Made by a program: the position numbers and the translations under genes. DNA of 64,000 nucleotides, taken from the NCBI GenBank assembly GCA_963805975.1, contig CAWDVR010000005.1, positions 416,001 to 480,000 of the forward strand, read 5' to 3'. The notes beneath the pieces are model-generated. The model saw only the letters and a list, made by a program, of their open reading frames with translations, did no database searches and was not told where the DNA came from. This DNA comes from an uncultured Acidobacteriota bacterium (lineage in GTDB: Bacteria; Acidobacteriota; Thermoanaerobaculia; Multivoradales; SZUA-115). Of this stretch, positions 48,600 to 61,816 are shown piece after piece (positions within the stretch are counted from its first letter, which is position 1; each line of letters begins with the position of its first letter).

Positions 48600-50423
48600 A
48601 TGAAGACGCACCGTGTGAACCGAAACCCGTTGCTGGCGGCCGTCTGCTTGGGCTTGGTGGCTCTGCTCGCGGGCTGCTCGACCGATTCGCCCTCGGAGCC
48701 GACCCAGCAACCGGCACCGCCGGGCGGCGGTGGCGGCGGCGGGGGCAACAACTTCTCGATCAGCGTCGCCGCCGACCCCGCCACTCTGCCCGCCGGCACC
48801 GAGGAGCCGGCGACGATCACCGTCCAGGTGCGCCGGAGTGACAACGGCCAGGCCCCGGCCAACGGCACCACCATCGTGGTGACCACCTCGCTCGGCGAGC
48901 TGGGCTCCCTGGGCAGCGGCGTGACCTCGCGCGTTCTCTCACTGGTCAACGGCAACGCCCAGATCCTGCTCTTCCCCGGCCAGGTGCCCGGCACGGCCGT
49001 GGTCCAGGCGCGGCTCGAGGGCAGCGTCGGCCAGGCAAACGTCCGGGTGGAGACCGCGGCGACGTTCTTCGTCTCGTTCGTGCGGCCGAATCAGGGCACG
49101 CCCAACGGCGGCGATGTGGTGACCATCGAAGGCGGTGGCTTCACCGAGCCGGTGCGCGTGACCTTCGACGGCGTGGCGGCCCAGATTCTGGAGATCAACC
49201 CCAACCGCATTCGCGTGGTGACCCCACCGTCGACCGTGGCCGTGCCCTCGGGCACCACGCGGCCGGTCAACGTGGGTGTGACCGTCAACCTGAACGAGGA
49301 CGACGAGGACTCCGACACGCTGCAGAGCGGTTTCATCTACAGCCCCGGCGGCAGCGTCAGCCAGCCGACCGTGCTCTCCGTCAGCCCGGCTTCGGGCGTC
49401 AACGAAGGCGGTACGCGCGTCACCATCACCGGCCTGGGCTTCGCACCGCCGGTCCAGGTGCTGTTCGGCCAGGGAAACACCGCCGCCACCTTCAGCGGCG
49501 TGGAGGCTACGATCGAGTCGGCCAGCCAGTCACAGATCGTGGTCCGCACCCCGTCCGCCACCGGCTTTGGCCAGGACAACCAGAACCAGCTCGTCAACAT
49601 CCTGGTGCGCAACCTGCAAAATGGGTTCACCACCGTCTCCCAGTCCGCGTTCCGCTACGGCGCCACCATCCGCATCACCTCGGTGTCGCCGGGCCAGGTC
49701 GTCTTCGATTCGCAGGATACGGTGACCATCTTCGGCCAGGGCTTCGAGTCGCCGGTGACGGTGAACGTGGCCGGCATCCAGGCGACGGTCCTGAACGTCA
49801 GCGGGTCGGAGATCCGGGTGCGGGCGCCGATTCCGGTGATCTCGAACTGCGCGGGGGTGAGCGGACCGATCCAGGTGATCAACGTCAACAGCGGAGCCTC
49901 CGACACCACCAGCAGTCCCCCGGACCCGGTGATCGCGGACTTCCTCTTCAGCATCCCGTCGCCGATCGTCACCAGCGTCAGCCCGTCGAGCGGGAGCGGC
50001 AACGGCGGCACCAGTGTCACCATCTCCGGGACCGGCTTCGACGCGCCGGTGCGAGTGGTGTTCGGCGACGCGGCCGGTTCCGGGGGAGCTGTGAACGGCT
50101 CGGGCACATCGATCAGCGGCGTCCTGACGCCGTCGTTCTCAGACTTCGCGAGCGAACCCTGCGACGATTCGCCTGGCGACGGCCAGCAGGGCACACGCCT
50201 CCGCCGCGAGACCGTGGACGTGACGGTGACCAACCTGCTGACCGGTTGCGACGACACGCTGACCGGCGGCTTCACCTTCATCCCGCCGAACGAGAGCTGC
50301 GTTGGCGACGACGCACCGGTGGTGGCGCAGTGCAACGACGGGTTCGACAACGACAGCGACGGCTTCATCGACGCTCTCGACCCGCAGTGCACCGGGCCGA
50401 CCGATCCGAGCGAATCGGTGTAG
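48600..50423 (+). CDS. Lipoprotein with an Ig-like domain, four IPT/TIG domains and a C-terminal Ca-binding Cys motif
   Basis: Lipobox LLAGC; repeated VSP..G...GGT.VTI.G.GF; terminal CNDGFDNDSDGFIDALDPQC. Confidence 0.85.
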   Translation: MKTHRVNRNPLLAAVCLGLVALLAGCSTDSPSEPTQQPAPPGGGGGGGGNNFSISVAADPATLPAGTEEPATITVQVRRSDNGQAPANGTTIVVTTSLGELGSLGSGVTSRVLSLVNGNAQILLFPGQVPGTAVVQARLEGSVGQANVRVETAATFFVSFVRPNQGTPNGGDVVTIEGGGFTEPVRVTFDGVAAQILEINPNRIRVVTPPSTVAVPSGTTRPVNVGVTVNLNEDDEDSDTLQSGFIYSPGGSVSQPTVLSVSPASGVNEGGTRVTITGLGFAPPVQVLFGQGNTAATFSGVEATIESASQSQIVVRTPSATGFGQDNQNQLVNILVRNLQNGFTTVSQSAFRYGATIRITSVSPGQVVFDSQDTVTIFGQGFESPVTVNVAGIQATVLNVSGSEIRVRAPIPVISNCAGVSGPIQVINVNSGASDTTSSPPDPVIADFLFSIPSPIVTSVSPSSGSGNGGTSVTISGTGFDAPVRVVFGDAAGSGGAVNGSGTSISGVLTPSFSDFASEPCDDSPGDGQQGTRLRRETVDVTVTNLLTGCDDTLTGGFTFIPPNESCVGDDAPVVAQCNDGFDNDSDGFIDALDPQCTGPTDPSESV

Positions 50424-50452
50424 CGCGGTCGCGATTCATCGCGGCTCGTACC

Positions 50453-50487
50453 ACGGGGCGGTCTCCCAGACGGGGGCCGCCCCGTTT
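50453..50487. terminator. Intrinsic terminator between convergent genes
   Basis: Stem ACGGGGCGGTCTCCC/GGGGGCCGCCCCGT followed by a short T run. Confidence 0.7.
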
Positions 50488-50504
50488 GCGTTGGCGGCTC
50501 GGGC

Positions 50505-52436
<1,932 letters not shown>

Positions 52437-52478
52437 GCCGGCTCCTTTCTGCGGTGGCCGGCGGATCTTACCGCCGGA

Positions 52479-53318
52479 TCAGGGCGGCTGGAGCCGAGGC
52501 CCGGCCGGCCGTGCCATGAGGCCGCTGATCTTCGCGGAGAGGACCTCGGGCCGGATCGCTTCTCCGGCCGCGGTCAGGATCGCGGCCCGCTGCATCTCCT
52601 CTTCGAGCTCCTCGACGTTGCCGGGCCAGGCATAGCTCGCGAGCTGCGCCAAGGCGGCCTCGTGAATGCCGGCGAGGTGCTTGGCGTGGCGGATCATCGC
52701 CTGGCGCACGAAGTGACGGGCGAGCGCCGGAAGGTCCCCCAGCCGCTCGGCGAGCGCCGGTACCCGGAGGATGAAGGCCGAGAGCAGGGCCTGCAACGCG
52801 GTGGCGAGCGCCGGCCTGGAGGGTCCATGGGGCCGAGCTCCCCGGACCAGCGTACAGAGAACCCGCACGTTCGCCGTGTGCGTCACCGAGCCGCCCACGG
52901 GTACGACGCGTCGGGTCTCGAGGAACGCCTTCAAGGCTCCCTGGCTGGCCGGCGACAGGCTCTCCACCTCCTCGATCAGGAGGGTGCCGGCCTCTGCCAG
53001 GGCGACCAGGCCGGGGCGCCCGGCGAATGCGCCGGCGAAGGCCCCTTCCTCGAGACCGAAGACCTCGCCGTCGAACAGGGCCGGTGACACTTCCGCGGCG
53101 TTGACGGAGAGAAACGGTGCCGGAGAGCGCGGGCTCGCCAGGTGGAGGGCACGGGCCACGAGAGCCTTGCCGACCCCGGGCTCGCCCTCGATCAGCACCG
53201 GAGCGTCGAGCGCCGCCACGACCTCGATCTGGCGGAAGAGCTCGCGCATGATCGGTGTCTCGCCCACCAGGCTGAAGAAAGAGCCTGTGGCAGTCTGGGT
53301 TGAATGAGCGGCGGTCAC
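52479..53318 (-). CDS. Degenerate sigma54-interaction AAA+ domain protein with no REC or HTH domain
   Basis: LIEGEPGVGK, GAFAGA, LLIEEV, YAWPGNVEEL; start uncertain (53249-53441). Confidence 0.8.
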   Translation of the reverse strand: MTAAHSTQTATGSFFSLVGETPIMRELFRQIEVVAALDAPVLIEGEPGVGKALVARALHLASPRSPAPFLSVNAAEVSPALFDGEVFGLEEGAFAGAFAGRPGLVALAEAGTLLIEEVESLSPASQGALKAFLETRRVVPVGGSVTHTANVRVLCTLVRGARPHGPSRPALATALQALLSAFILRVPALAERLGDLPALARHFVRQAMIRHAKHLAGIHEAALAQLASYAWPGNVEELEEEMQRAAILTAAGEAIRPEVLSAKISGLMARPAGPRLQPP

Positions 53319-53520
53319 GATGCAGGCGCGCGGGGGCTGGAGCGTGCTCCCCCTCCTGGTGTGTGACTGTGTCGCTGGCCGCGATGGGAGAGACAGGGCT
53401 CGCCATCTTCGACCTCGCCGGCCTGGAAAGCGCGCACGCATATAATGGCGCTAGAGACTTAAACCGTAGCCGAAGAGCATGCCGGATGCCCTCTTGTTCG
53501 GTGTCTTCGACAGGCGAGCC

Positions 53521-56412
53521 ATGAGCCAGCCGCCAGGGATCGGAGGAGAACCCTCCGCGGTCACCGCCTCTTTCGAGGGGTCTGACCCCGCCTGTGCCGA
53601 CCCGGTCGCGGCGGTCGGCGGTCCCGAGAGCGCCGACTGGTTCCGCGTCCTGGCCGAGACCACCTCGACCGCCATCTTTGTCTACCGCGAGCGCATCCTG
53701 TGGGGCAACCGGGCCTTCGTCGAGCTGACCGGCTTCAGCCTCGAGGAGCTCACCGCCCTGAATGCGCTGGAGCTCGTCCACCCGGACTATCGCGACCTCA
53801 TCGCCCTGCGGCGCGACGCGCGCCTCAAGGGCGAGACCGCGCCGCGCCACTACGAGATGCCGATCATCACCCGCCGCGGCGAGGAGCGGTGGGTGCGCGT
53901 CACCGCCGGCAGCATCCGGTTCCAGGGCGAGATGGCCGGGTTGGGCACCGCCTTCGACATCACCGACCAGAAGCTTGCCGAGCTCGGGCTGCGGACCAGC
54001 GAAGAGTGGCTGCACATGGCGCAGAGCGCGGCCGGCATCATCACCTGGGACTGGAGCCTGCTGACCGATGCGATCCTCATCACCAAGGCGGCTCCGGTCT
54101 TGCTCGGCCTCACCGAGAGCGAGCTGCCGCGAACCTCCGCGGAGCTCTTCGAGCGCTGGGTCCATCCGGAAGACCGGGAGCGAGTGCTCGAGGCGGTCCA
54201 AAAAACGCTCCACGAGGGCAGCGACCTGGTCATCGAGCACCGCTTCCTCTCGCCCCGGACCGGCCTGCGCTGGCTCGCCGTCCGCGGGCAGGCGATCCGG
54301 GACGAGAGCGGCTGGGTGGTGCGCATGGTGGGCGTCTCCGCCGACATCACCGAGCGCAAGGAGGCCGAGATCGCGCTGCGCGAGAGCAGCGACCGCCTGC
54401 GCCTGATGGTGGAGCAGATGCCGGCCGTGCTGTGGACCACCGACCGCGAGCTGCGCTTCACCTCGAGCGTGGGTGCGGGCCTGGCCGACCTGGGACTCGC
54501 GCCCAACGAGGTGGTGGGATGCGACGCCATTGAATACGTCTCGGTACAGGTGCCGGAGGGGGCAGTGATCGACGCTCACCGCCGCGCCCTGGCCGGCGAG
54601 TCCGTCTCCTACGAGCAGGCCTGGGACGGTCACTTCTACCAGGCGCACATCGAGCCGCTGCGCGACGCGGAAGGCGAGATCGCGGGCACCATCGGCATCG
54701 CCCTCGACGTCACCGAGCGGCGGCAGGTGGAAGAGGCGCTGCGGCGCGAGCGCGAGCGCGCCGACATCACCCTCGCCTCGATCGACGACGGAGTCATCCG
54801 CACCAACCCCACGGGCCAGGTCGAGTACCTGAACCCGGTGGCCGAGCGGCTGACCGGCATGACGAGCGACGCGGCGCGCGGGCAGGCGCTCGACGAGATC
54901 TATCGCGTCTTCGACGAGGAGAGCCGGAAGCCGCTCCTGAACCCCCTGGCGCGCTGCCTGCGCGAAGGCCGGCCGGTGATGCTGCCGGGACGCCGGATCA
55001 TGATTGCGAGAGACGGTGGCGAGGTCTCGATCCGCGATTCGGCGGCACCCATCCGCGATGCCGACGGCAACATCCTGGGTGCCGTGCTCGCCTTCAAGGA
55101 CGTCACCGTGGTGCGCGACATGGAACGCGCCATGAGCCACCTCGCCAACCACGACGGCCTCACCGGCCTGCTCAACCGCACCGCCTTCGAGCGCCGCCTG
55201 GCGCACGCGCTCGAGGCTTCGGAGGCCTCCGGCAAGCCGCTCTCGGTGCTGCAGCTCGACCTCGGTCAGCTCAAGGTGGTCAACGACACCTGCGGCCATT
55301 GGGCGGGCGACGAGATGCTGCGCCACGTCTCCCGCCTGCTCACCAGCCTCGCTCCGGCCCAGAGCTCGGTCTCACGCCTGGGCGCCGAGGAGTTCGGTGT
55401 CCTGTTCGAGGAGGTTGGGGCGGGCGAGGCGCGGCAGCGCACCGCCGCGCTGCGCTCGGCGCTCGAGGAGTACCGCTTCGTCTGGGAGGACCGGAGCTTC
55501 GAGGTGCGCGCCGGCTTCGGGCTCGCGACCGCCACCTCGGGTGCCACGGTCTCCGGCCTGATGATCGCCATCGACATCGCCTGCATGCTGGCCAAGGAGA
55601 GCGGCCGGCATCAGATCCACGAGTACCAGGCCGACGACGAGCGGCTCATCGAGCGCTACGGCGAGATGCACTGGATCCACCGCATCTACAAGGCGCTCCA
55701 GAACGAGCGCTTCCGCCTCTACTGCCAGCCGATCCGGCCGCTGGTCCACGCCGAGGAGGATGGCCTCGTGGGCGAGGTGCTGCTCCGGCTGGTGGGCGAC
55801 GACGGCGAGCTGGTGCTGCCTCGCACCTTCGTGCCCGCGGCCGAGCGCTATCGCCTGATGTCGCTCATCGACCGCTGGGTGGTGAGCCGGAGCTTCAGCA
55901 CCCTGGCGCGGGGCGCCGCAGTGGGGGGCCGCAGCCTGTCGCGGTTGGCGATCAACCTCTCCGGCGAGTCGCTCGACGAGGAATCGTTCCTCGACTTCGT
56001 GATCGAGCAGCTCGAAGAGACCGGGCTGCCGGCGAACCGCATCCTCTTCGAGATCACCGAGACCGCGGCGATCGCCAACCTGGCCGGCGCCATGCGCTTC
56101 ATCTCGGAGCTCCAGGACCGCGGTGCCGCCTTCGTCCTCGACGACTTCGGCAGCGGCCTCTCCTCCTTCGCCTACTTGAAGAACCTGCCCGTCGACTACC
56201 TGAAGATCGCCGGCGAGTTCGTGCGCGGCATGGCCGACAGCCCCATGCACCGCATCCTGGTGCGCTCGATCAACCAGGTCGGCCACGAGCTGGGCTTGAA
56301 GACCATCGCCGAAGGGGTCGAGACCCCCGAGATGCTCGCCGAGCTCGAAGAGATGCAGATCGACTACGTACAGGGCTACTGGATCGCACGGCCCGAGCCG
56401 CTGGAGGGGTAG
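53521..56412 (+). CDS. Multi-PAS GGDEF-EAL protein, probable c-di-GMP phosphodiesterase
   Basis: Four PAS/PAC modules; HDGLTGLLNR; degenerate GAEEF; EVLLRL, FEITET, DDFGSG, AEGVE, QGY. Alternative start at 53479. Confidence 0.92.
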   Translation: MSQPPGIGGEPSAVTASFEGSDPACADPVAAVGGPESADWFRVLAETTSTAIFVYRERILWGNRAFVELTGFSLEELTALNALELVHPDYRDLIALRRDARLKGETAPRHYEMPIITRRGEERWVRVTAGSIRFQGEMAGLGTAFDITDQKLAELGLRTSEEWLHMAQSAAGIITWDWSLLTDAILITKAAPVLLGLTESELPRTSAELFERWVHPEDRERVLEAVQKTLHEGSDLVIEHRFLSPRTGLRWLAVRGQAIRDESGWVVRMVGVSADITERKEAEIALRESSDRLRLMVEQMPAVLWTTDRELRFTSSVGAGLADLGLAPNEVVGCDAIEYVSVQVPEGAVIDAHRRALAGESVSYEQAWDGHFYQAHIEPLRDAEGEIAGTIGIALDVTERRQVEEALRRERERADITLASIDDGVIRTNPTGQVEYLNPVAERLTGMTSDAARGQALDEIYRVFDEESRKPLLNPLARCLREGRPVMLPGRRIMIARDGGEVSIRDSAAPIRDADGNILGAVLAFKDVTVVRDMERAMSHLANHDGLTGLLNRTAFERRLAHALEASEASGKPLSVLQLDLGQLKVVNDTCGHWAGDEMLRHVSRLLTSLAPAQSSVSRLGAEEFGVLFEEVGAGEARQRTAALRSALEEYRFVWEDRSFEVRAGFGLATATSGATVSGLMIAIDIACMLAKESGRHQIHEYQADDERLIERYGEMHWIHRIYKALQNERFRLYCQPIRPLVHAEEDGLVGEVLLRLVGDDGELVLPRTFVPAAERYRLMSLIDRWVVSRSFSTLARGAAVGGRSLSRLAINLSGESLDEESFLDFVIEQLEETGLPANRILFEITETAAIANLAGAMRFISELQDRGAAFVLDDFGSGLSSFAYLKNLPVDYLKIAGEFVRGMADSPMHRILVRSINQVGHELGLKTIAEGVETPEMLAELEEMQIDYVQGYWIARPEPLEG

Positions 56413-56486
56413 GGCGAGCGTCGTTGGGTACGCTACACTTGGTTGCAGCCGCCAGCCAACAGTGCAAGCGGCCAGCGAGGTGAGAA

Positions 56487-56726
56487 ATGTACGCGCTCTA
56501 CAAGCTCCGAGCCAACGAGTTGGATGAGGCCTTTGTCGAGACAGTGAAGAGTCAGTTTGGTGATCGGGAGATCGAGGTCGCGGTGTGCGAGACGACAGAA
56601 GCCCAGGAGGATGAGACCGCCTTTCTGCTCCGTTCGCCCGCCAATCGCGAGCGGCTGCTCGAGGCCCTGCGGAACATCGAACAGGACCGTGATCTCGTCA
56701 CCCTTGAGGTCCAGGATCTCCGGTGA
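56487..56726 (+). CDS. Antitoxin with YefM-like C-terminal toxin-binding segment
   Basis: ETAFLLRSPANRERLLEAL; 4-nt overlap with the toxin gene. Confidence 0.8.
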   Translation: MYALYKLRANELDEAFVETVKSQFGDREIEVAVCETTEAQEDETAFLLRSPANRERLLEALRNIEQDRDLVTLEVQDLR

Positions 56727-56983
56727 AGAAGATCGCCTTCGAAAAGACCGCTTTCGAGGACTTCACGGACTGGGCGACGACCGACAAGCAGATCCATCGC
56801 CGCATCTCGGCGCTCATATTGGACATCCTCCGCCAGCCGTTCACCGGACTCGGCAAACCCGAGCCGCTCCGCCACGAGCTCCAGGGCTATTGGTCACGCC
56901 GGATCAACGAGGAGCACCGACTCGTCTACAAAGTCGATGGTGAGGCGGTGACGATCGCGTCGTGCCGATACCACTACCGGTGA
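56723..56983 (+). CDS. yoeB: Txe/YoeB family toxin
   Basis: PFTGLGKPEPLRHEL.GYWSRRINEEHRLVY..SCRYHY. Confidence 0.95.
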   Translation: MKKIAFEKTAFEDFTDWATTDKQIHRRISALILDILRQPFTGLGKPEPLRHELQGYWSRRINEEHRLVYKVDGEAVTIASCRYHYR

Positions 56984-56989
56984 GGCCCT

Positions 56990-58807
<1,818 letters not shown>

Positions 58808-58851
58808 CGATGAAAGTCCTTTCGTTTTTGCTCCGGCCAAAACCTACCACC

Positions 58852-59817
58852 TCAAGCGAGGCCCAGCACCGCCGCCGCCAGCTTGGCCGGATCGTGGCGG
58901 ATGAGGTCGCCAGCAGCCAGAAGGTCGGCCGCCACCACTTTCATTCCCCGCGCCCCGATGGCCTGGGCGTCCACCGCCACCGGCCGCGCCCCGGAGGCGG
59001 CGTAGAGCTCGAGCCGGTCCTCCGGCAAGGGGGCGCTGCTCGCCAGCACGACGTCCACGAGCCCGGCACCGGCGTGCTCCTCGATCGCCGCCAGGTGGTC
59101 GAGGCCGGACATGCCGTCGGTCTCGCCCGGCTGGGTCATCAGGTTGAGCACCAGCACGACCGGTGCGCGGGAGGCGGCCAGGGCCTCACGGATGCCGGGG
59201 ATCAGGAGGTTGGGGAGGATCGAGGTGTAGAGCGAGCCCGGACCGAGCACCACCAGATCGGCGTTCGCCAGCGCTTCCACCGCCGCCGGGAAGGCCGGCG
59301 GTGCGGCGGGCTCGAGCTCGAGCGCCACCAGGCGCTCGCCGGCCGCGCCGATCGCGGACTCGCCCGCGTAGTGCCGCCCCGAGGCGCCGCGCGCCCCCAG
59401 CCGCACGTCGGTGAGGGTCGCGGGGAGGATCTTCCCGCGCACCGAGAGCACCGACTCCGCGGTGAGGATCGCCTGATAGAAGTCGCCGGTGATGCCGGCG
59501 AGCGCGGTCAGGAAGAGGTTGCCGAAGGAGTGGCCCGACAGCCCGCCGCCGTTGGCGAAGCGGTACTGGAAGAGCCGGGTGAGGAGGTCTTCGTCGTCCG
59601 CCAGGGCGGCGATGCAGTTCCTGATGTCGCCCGGCGGCAGGACGCCGAAGTCGCGCCGCAGGCGGCCGGAGGAGCCGCCGTCGTCCGTCACCGTGACCAC
59701 CGCGCGCAGCCGCTCGGCGGGCAGCCGGCCCTTGAGGCCGCGCAGCAGCACGGCGAGGCCGGTGCCGCCGCCGACGGCGGTCAGCGAGCTGGTGACTAGA
59801 TCTGCTGCGCGAGTCAT
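58852..59817 (-). CDS. yvcK: YvcK/GlmR family UDP-GlcNAc-binding protein
   Basis: [54 protein letters not shown]. Confidence 0.93.
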   Translation of the reverse strand: MTRAADLVTSSLTAVGGGTGLAVLLRGLKGRLPAERLRAVVTVTDDGGSSGRLRRDFGVLPPGDIRNCIAALADDEDLLTRLFQYRFANGGGLSGHSFGNLFLTALAGITGDFYQAILTAESVLSVRGKILPATLTDVRLGARGASGRHYAGESAIGAAGERLVALELEPAAPPAFPAAVEALANADLVVLGPGSLYTSILPNLLIPGIREALAASRAPVVLVLNLMTQPGETDGMSGLDHLAAIEEHAGAGLVDVVLASSAPLPEDRLELYAASGARPVAVDAQAIGARGMKVVAADLLAAGDLIRHDPAKLAAAVLGLA

Positions 59818-59827
59818 CTGCTGCGTC

Positions 59828-59889
59828 GCGGGACCTCCCGGGAATCCTCACCTACCACCGTGTAGGTTCCGGTTCCCGGGTCCTCCCGC
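59828..59889 (-). other. Structured intergenic stem-loop upstream of yvcK
   Basis: GCGGGA/UCCCGC, CCCGGGAA/UUCCCGGG and CCUAC/GUAGG helices with purine-rich internal loops. Confidence 0.5.
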
Positions 59890-59932
59890 TCCTCGCATCT
59901 GACCCGCTCGCGACGATCTCCTCACCAGCTCG

Positions 59933-60565
59933 TTACTCGAGGCCGAAGAGCGGAGCGTGTTCCTGCCGCTTGCGCAGCTCGACGAAGTCGGGGTCGTGGA
60001 AGGCGTGCACGCGGTTCACGGGGTTGGCCTCGATCGCCTTGGTGAGCGCCTTGACGGCGTCCGCCTGGCGGTCGGACAGGGCGTGGATCGAGGCCGCGAG
60101 ATAGAGGAACCGCTCGTCCTTGGGCCCTGCCTCGCGGCAGATCTCGAGCGCCTCGGCGAGGTCGCCCCGGTTCTTCAGGAACACCGCCTTGACGTAGGGC
60201 TCCGCTTCGCTGGGAGCGGCGCCGGCGGCCCGTGTCTGGGCGGTGCGCAGGTACTGCCGCGCCCGGCCCACCAGCTCCGGCAGATCGCTTTTCTCGATCA
60301 CCGCCGCGAGGCGCTTCTCGGCCTCCGCCCACTTACCCTTGTAGAGGGCCTTCACCCCGGCCTCGAAGTCTTCCATCTGGGGGTCCGGTCCGCGGCCGGC
60401 GCCGGCCGCGTCCTCTTTGGCCGAGACTTTGAGCTCGGCGAGCTTGGCGCGCACCGCCTCCACATCCGTGCCGAAACGCTTTGCCAGCTCGGCGATCTTC
60501 TTCGTCGGCGCAAAGCGCTTCAGGTAGTTGACATCCGTGGTCGACCAGCGTTTCTTGGTGGGCAT
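59933..60565 (-). CDS. N-terminal HTH/Myb-like plus TPR-repeat protein
   Basis: WSTTDVNYLK..IAELAKRFG..VEAVRAKL; TPR-like helices ending A..DPDF..LR. Confidence 0.75.
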   Translation of the reverse strand: MPTKKRWSTTDVNYLKRFAPTKKIAELAKRFGTDVEAVRAKLAELKVSAKEDAAGAGRGPDPQMEDFEAGVKALYKGKWAEAEKRLAAVIEKSDLPELVGRARQYLRTAQTRAAGAAPSEAEPYVKAVFLKNRGDLAEALEICREAGPKDERFLYLAASIHALSDRQADAVKALTKAIEANPVNRVHAFHDPDFVELRKRQEHAPLFGLE

Positions 60566-60575
60566 GGCTCTCGGT

Positions 60576-61160
60576 TCACCGCTTTTTGAGGTCTATGAGG
60601 ATTTGCTTGGCCACCGACTTCAGGGTGTCGAAGACGCCGACGCCGGTGGTGGCGACCGCCTCGAAGGTGGGCTCGCGCTTGAAGTTGAGCACGCGGTACA
60701 TCTCCTCGGCCGGCACCACCTCGGGCAGGTCCCGCTTGTTGAACTGCAGGGCGTAGGGAATGGTGGTCAGCTCGAGGCCGTGATCCTTCAAGTTCAACGA
60801 GAGGTTGCGGATCGACTCGATGTTGGCCTCCATCCGCACCTCCTGGCTGTCCGCCACGAAGACCACGCCGTCCACCCCTTTGAGGATCAGCTTGCGGGAG
60901 GCGTCGTAGAACACCTGGCCCGGCACCGTGTAGAGATGGAAGCGGGTGGTGAAGCCACGGATGGTGCCGAGGTCGAGCGGCAGGAAGTCGAAGAACAGAG
61001 TGCGGTCCGCCTCGGTGGCGAGCGAGATCATCTTGCCCCGCGCCTCGGGCGCCGTCTTGCCGTAGATGTACTGCAGGTTGGTCGTCTTCCCACACAGGCC
61101 GGGGCCGTAGTAGACGATCTTGCAGTTGATCTCCTTGGCGGCGTAATTGATGAAGGTCAT
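60576..61160 (-). CDS. mglA: MglA family small GTPase
   Basis: [45 protein letters not shown]. Confidence 0.96.
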   Translation of the reverse strand: MTFINYAAKEINCKIVYYGPGLCGKTTNLQYIYGKTAPEARGKMISLATEADRTLFFDFLPLDLGTIRGFTTRFHLYTVPGQVFYDASRKLILKGVDGVVFVADSQEVRMEANIESIRNLSLNLKDHGLELTTIPYALQFNKRDLPEVVPAEEMYRVLNFKREPTFEAVATTGVGVFDTLKSVAKQILIDLKKR

Positions 61161-61223
61161 ACAGGTTGGAGGCTTGCGGGTTCCCCGGCCGGTGCACGCC
61201 GAGGGCCGCGGCCCGTTCGGGGT

Positions 61224-61718
61224 CTATTCACTGAACAGGGCGTCGATGTCCTCGTCCGTGATCTCGGCGAACGGGCTGACGGGGCCGGCGCCCACGCCGA
61301 CGGCTTCGCTGCGGGAAACCATCGACTCGAAGATCCGCTCGAGCTCGCCGCTCGCCCGCTTGACCCGCAGGCGCACCAGGCCGAGGGAAGAGCGATCGTC
61401 GAAGATCACCACCAGGATGGCCCGCTTGGAGACGATCGAAATGTGGATGTGGTCTTGCTGGCCCTCGTGGAAGAGGACCGAGAACTCGCGCTCGCCGATC
61501 AGCTTGGCCAGGCCGTCGGTGGCGGCCACGTTGCCGGCGGTCAGCGAGGCCAGGGAAGTGGTGTCGAACTGCTCGATCTCGCCGGCGGCGGCGATCTGCT
61601 GCCCGTTCTTGTCGATCAGGAAGACGGCGCGGCTGTTCGAGTCCTGCCGCAGCCTTCGCAGCCCCTCGTCCAGCAGCCTATGCTCTTCTTCGAAGAGCAT
61701 GAAATCAGCGCCTGACAC
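61224..61718 (-). CDS. mglB: MglB roadblock/LC7 protein (MglA GAP)
   Basis: FLIDKNGQ, DTTSLASLTAGNVAAT.GLAKLIGE.EF, SSLGLVRLRV, ITDEDID.LF. Confidence 0.94.
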   Translation of the reverse strand: MSGADFMLFEEEHRLLDEGLRRLRQDSNSRAVFLIDKNGQQIAAAGEIEQFDTTSLASLTAGNVAATDGLAKLIGEREFSVLFHEGQQDHIHISIVSKRAILVVIFDDRSSLGLVRLRVKRASGELERIFESMVSRSEAVGVGAGPVSPFAEITDEDIDALFSE

Positions 61719-61816
61719 TCTGGATCCTTTCTTTGCCGGGCGGGCTCGGTGAGCTGCCAAGTCCTTCGAGGGCGGGATTCTACGTCATCCGGCGGGGCCG
61801 GCGAAAGCGAGGCGGG

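Noticed and set aside
58808-58851. glmS ribozyme
   Set aside because: The spacer is only 44 nt and lacks the ribozyme core.
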